Positions 60,691 through 64,000 of a stretch of 64,000 bases of DNA are shown one piece after another. Origin of the DNA: Mobula hypostoma (taxonomy: Eukaryota). The notes below the pieces were generated by a model. It was not told where the DNA came from, made no database searches, and saw nothing but the letters and a program-made list of their open reading frames with translations. The DNA lies in the NCBI RefSeq assembly GCF_963921235.1, contig NC_086097.1, positions 108,998,001 to 109,062,000 on the forward strand, written 5' to 3'. Positions within the stretch are counted from its first letter, which is position 1. Each line of letters begins with the position of its first letter. The translations under genes and the position numbers were made by a program.

Positions 60691-61549
60691 CTCACCTAGC
60701 ACCTGTGGTTGACCAGGACACAGAAAGTGCCCTCTGTGGAGATAGATAATTAAGGTGTCCTGCTGTATTTCTATTTGTTAGATTAAATCTCTAACCTGAA
60801 ATAACGTTGCTCCTTTTGAAGCCCCCACTACAAAAATCCAAAGTGTCCTACACGGTAGATGCGATGCTTTGTGTAGCTGGACATTGTACAATTTCCTGCA
60901 TTTATATGGGTGAAAAATTCATGGACGATCTAGTCCCTGCTGGCAGTAATTATAGAAAGACCTGAAACCTAACACCTATACATTTAACATGTAAGAAACA
61001 GTTCTCAGTTTACAGTAGTTACTTTGGAATTTCATTTTGGTGTAGTTTGGTTTAATGCCCACATATGTGTGTACCCTTAAACTAATTTTTATATTGCTCC
61101 AGAGGCTTCTTTATATATGGTTTTAATGTGTTCATCTAATGTATTTTTAAAAAAACGCATCCTCAACACCTTCAGTCAATCTCTCCTTTTCAGAACTAGT
61201 TTACAAAATCAGCCACTAGAGACGGTTACCATGCCTTCTGCCTAGTGTGAATGGTTGCATTTGTCCTAATACTCCGAGCATCTCACAGGAATTTATACTC
61301 AATTTTAATATGATAGAAAGTGTTTGGGAATGATATTTATGACTGGAAAATCAGAAAAATTTCATTAATAAGAAACATACTAAAGTGAAGAACGGATTTT
61401 CAGTTCCATGCCATTTATCAATTTCTGCTTTTGAAATAGCTGATTTTTATCACAGCTAGTGGCATGACAGCGATAAGAAATGAGATGGAGGTTGAATGGA
61501 TAATCTGATATGACACACGTGCAGTGATGAAAGTGTGAACAGAGTACAA

Positions 61550-61900
61550 TGACAAGCTGGAACTGGCAGACCGAAATGTCATGGACATGGGATTATGCTA
61601 AAGAGCAAGGAGGCAGCCTGGAAAATACATGTTTATGGACTGTAACAGAGTTTGAAAAGGCAGTCAGAAACAATGCTGATATAGATTGGCATCGAAATGG
61701 ACAATGCAGCCTGAAATGGAATAGCACTGAGGCTGAGTGTGCAGTCTGAAATGAAATGGCTTGGAAATGGAACATGCAGTCTGAAACACCATGGACATGT
61801 AAAGAGTGGAGATGTGGGCAACCCGAAATGTCTGTTATATGAAATGTGGCGTATAAGCAGTTGGAAACGACACACCAGTATTGAGGGTCAAGGACTTTGA
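61550..61900 (+). repeat. Degenerate purine-rich minisatellite-like tract
   Basis: Recurrent GCAG(C/T)C(T/C)GAAA(T/C)-like motif near 61567, 61613, 61706, 61741, 61776, 61818 and 61857. Confidence 0.4.
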
Positions 61901-63389
61901 AAGGCAGCATGGATTGGCACAAATACGGAATTAACAAACTCAGAATATCAGTCCGAATCAACATGAGAGTAGAATGGGATGGGATTTGAAGTGATCCAGA
62001 TATGGATAGACACAAATATGAAATGACAGAAATACAATAGACTGCCAGTAATGAGACAGATTAAAAAAACGTAAGGTCACTTAAAGGTAGTCAGAAATGC
62101 TGCAGAGATGTTCAACACTGGAGTCAAAAAGGGCGCTAAGCTTGGGAAGAAATTGTTTCAGTACCTGGGTGAAGAGGGAAATTTTGTTCAAAAACTGAAA
62201 TTTCTGATGGCCAGCCACAAAGGCTTTGATAATCCTTTTACTTAGTTGCAGGAAATTTCTGATCATTCAGTATTGAATGGAGATTAATGAATAGGAATCA
62301 GGCAATCTCACAATGAAAAACAACAGAGCCATTGAATGAGACTGTGTTGAAGTAGTGCTTTAAGGATGGTTTACGGATACATTTGGAATCTTAAGTTCTT
62401 TCATATGACGTGGCTAAGGACCAGCATAGAATGGACCAATTATAATCCTCTGGGGCCTCTAGGTTTCCTATGCGGGTAATTCAAAAATACTCAGAAACAA
62501 GATGATGGAAATAAAAAATAAAACCAAGATCCTGTAAATACTCAGTTTGCTAGGACAGTATCTATGGTGAAAATGAAGTTAATATTTCAGGTCCTCTACA
62601 ATTCCTTCCATTCCTCATTCCCCATATCATCCCAGCTCATTCCTCACTTCCTGCCTCCCCTACACATTTTCTTCTCTTGCCCCCAATCTTCAACTCCACG
62701 CAACCCCCCTCCTCACCTTGATTCCCCATCTGACTTATCAATCCCTTTTCAATAACCCCTCATTCCATTGTGCTAACTCCATTTTCTCCATCTCCCATCC
62801 CTATCTCTTCATAACCATCCCACCCCCACACACAAAGGCTGCTATCCACAGTGGAAATTAATTAACAAATTACATTGTTGGTGCATACCACACCTGCTAA
62901 GAAGGCAGATAAGACCATATTATGATTTTCTCTGCTTTGGGGAAACTGAACATGAATTATACGACAACTTTGCAGAACTTTTCTATTCAGTGTTCATGCC
63001 TGATCCCAACCATCCAATTGTCAGTAACTTCATTTCTCTATCTCTCTCACACCACGCCCTCTGTCCTTTGCTTCCTACAGCTTTCCAATGAAGCTTAACC
63101 TTTTTAAGGGGCAGCATCTTATTTTCTGAATGGGCCTTTTCCATATTCCAGATTCAAAACTGAGTTCAGCAATTTTAGACGTTTAGTATTTCTGGCCTTT
63201 TTTTATGTCAGATTTTCAGCAATGACTTCTGATTCTGATTTCAGAAACACATCTTGGCTGAATTTGCACTATCACACCTATTGTTATGAACTTTTCCCCC
63301 TTCAACCATATGGCAAACCTTTCATTCTGTTGCCTCCTTTCCTTGTCCCTTTGTCAATATCTTAAAGCTAATCTCTAATTGTTCTGATT

Positions 63390-63875
63390 GTTGTAGAGTC
63401 ATCCATGGAATTGTATCCCTCAGCCTAATTTGTCCATGCAGAATTTATTGCCCAGTGAGCTAGTCCTGTTTGCTCATGTTTTCCCCTTAGTCCTCTAGAC
63501 CTCTCCTATCTATCTTCTTACTGAAATGGCTTTTAAATGTTACATATGTGCCCACCCCTATCATTATTTCTGGCAGTTCATTCCAAATATGCACTGTGAT
63601 TTGCATGAAAAACTGCCTTTAATTACCCCTTTAAATGTCTTGCCTTTGATCTTAAGTTTAAACCCTCTTGTTTTTTGGAGCCTCTCCCACCCCCCCCCAC
63701 TCCAAAAAAACTATCTGCTTGCACTCTGTCAATGACCCTCATGATTTTATATACCCCTATCAGGTCACCTCTCAATCTCCTACACTCCAGAAAATAAAAG
63801 TCCTAGTCTACCCAACCTCTCCTTGTAATTCAGGCCCAAATCCAGGCACATGCTAGTAAATGTTTTCTGCAGCTT
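63390..63875 (-). mobile_element. Old CR1 3' fragment
   Basis: ctcatgattttatatacccctatcaggtcacctctcaatctcctacactccag is the reverse complement of an LECRRLRGDLIGVYKIMR coding stretch. Confidence 0.75.
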
Positions 63876-64000
63876 CAGAGATTTCATTCATATAAAGTGG
63901 TGGCCCAAGATCCTTCTGTACCTCAATAGTACACACTGGTACCTTTTAAGGGGTCTATCATTAACTGTATACTTTCTCCTTTCATTTGACCTCCTGAAGC

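Noticed and set aside
60688..60760. Strong minus-strand exon signal (ctccacAG|38 nt|GTGAGT)
   Set aside because: The acceptor side resembles the Penelope terminal sequence (tctgtggaga on plus) and abuts a PLE; there is no coding support, so it was not called.

Overview
Vertebrate nuclear DNA dominated by transposable elements. It is most likely from a cartilaginous fish (ray or shark); this is inferred from the mix of HER1-like CR1 LINEs, V-SINEs, Rex1/Babar and Penelope-like elements. No intact host protein-coding gene, rRNA, true tRNA or CRISPR array can be supported, and most ORF-track entries are decayed retroelement fragments or antisense noise. The repeat content includes many CR1 and Rex1/Babar fragments, a full-length but disrupted L1, a multiply interrupted Ty3/Gypsy element, solo LTRs, Penelope-like elements carrying minimal hammerhead-ribozyme motifs, RTE-derived non-autonomous elements, L2 and R4/Dong-like fragments, and Tc1, hAT and Tigger-like DNA transposon remnants. 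The most unusual feature is a CpG-rich 1,175-bp insertion (38106-39280, minus strand) bounded by one target-site duplication (TSD). It fuses a TIF1-family RING fragment, closest to TRIM28/KAP1 by eye, to a bipartite RTE retroelement with an (AAC)n tail. Family assignments come from recognising motifs by eye, not from database searches, and boundaries without a stated TSD or terminal inverted repeat (TIR) are approximate.
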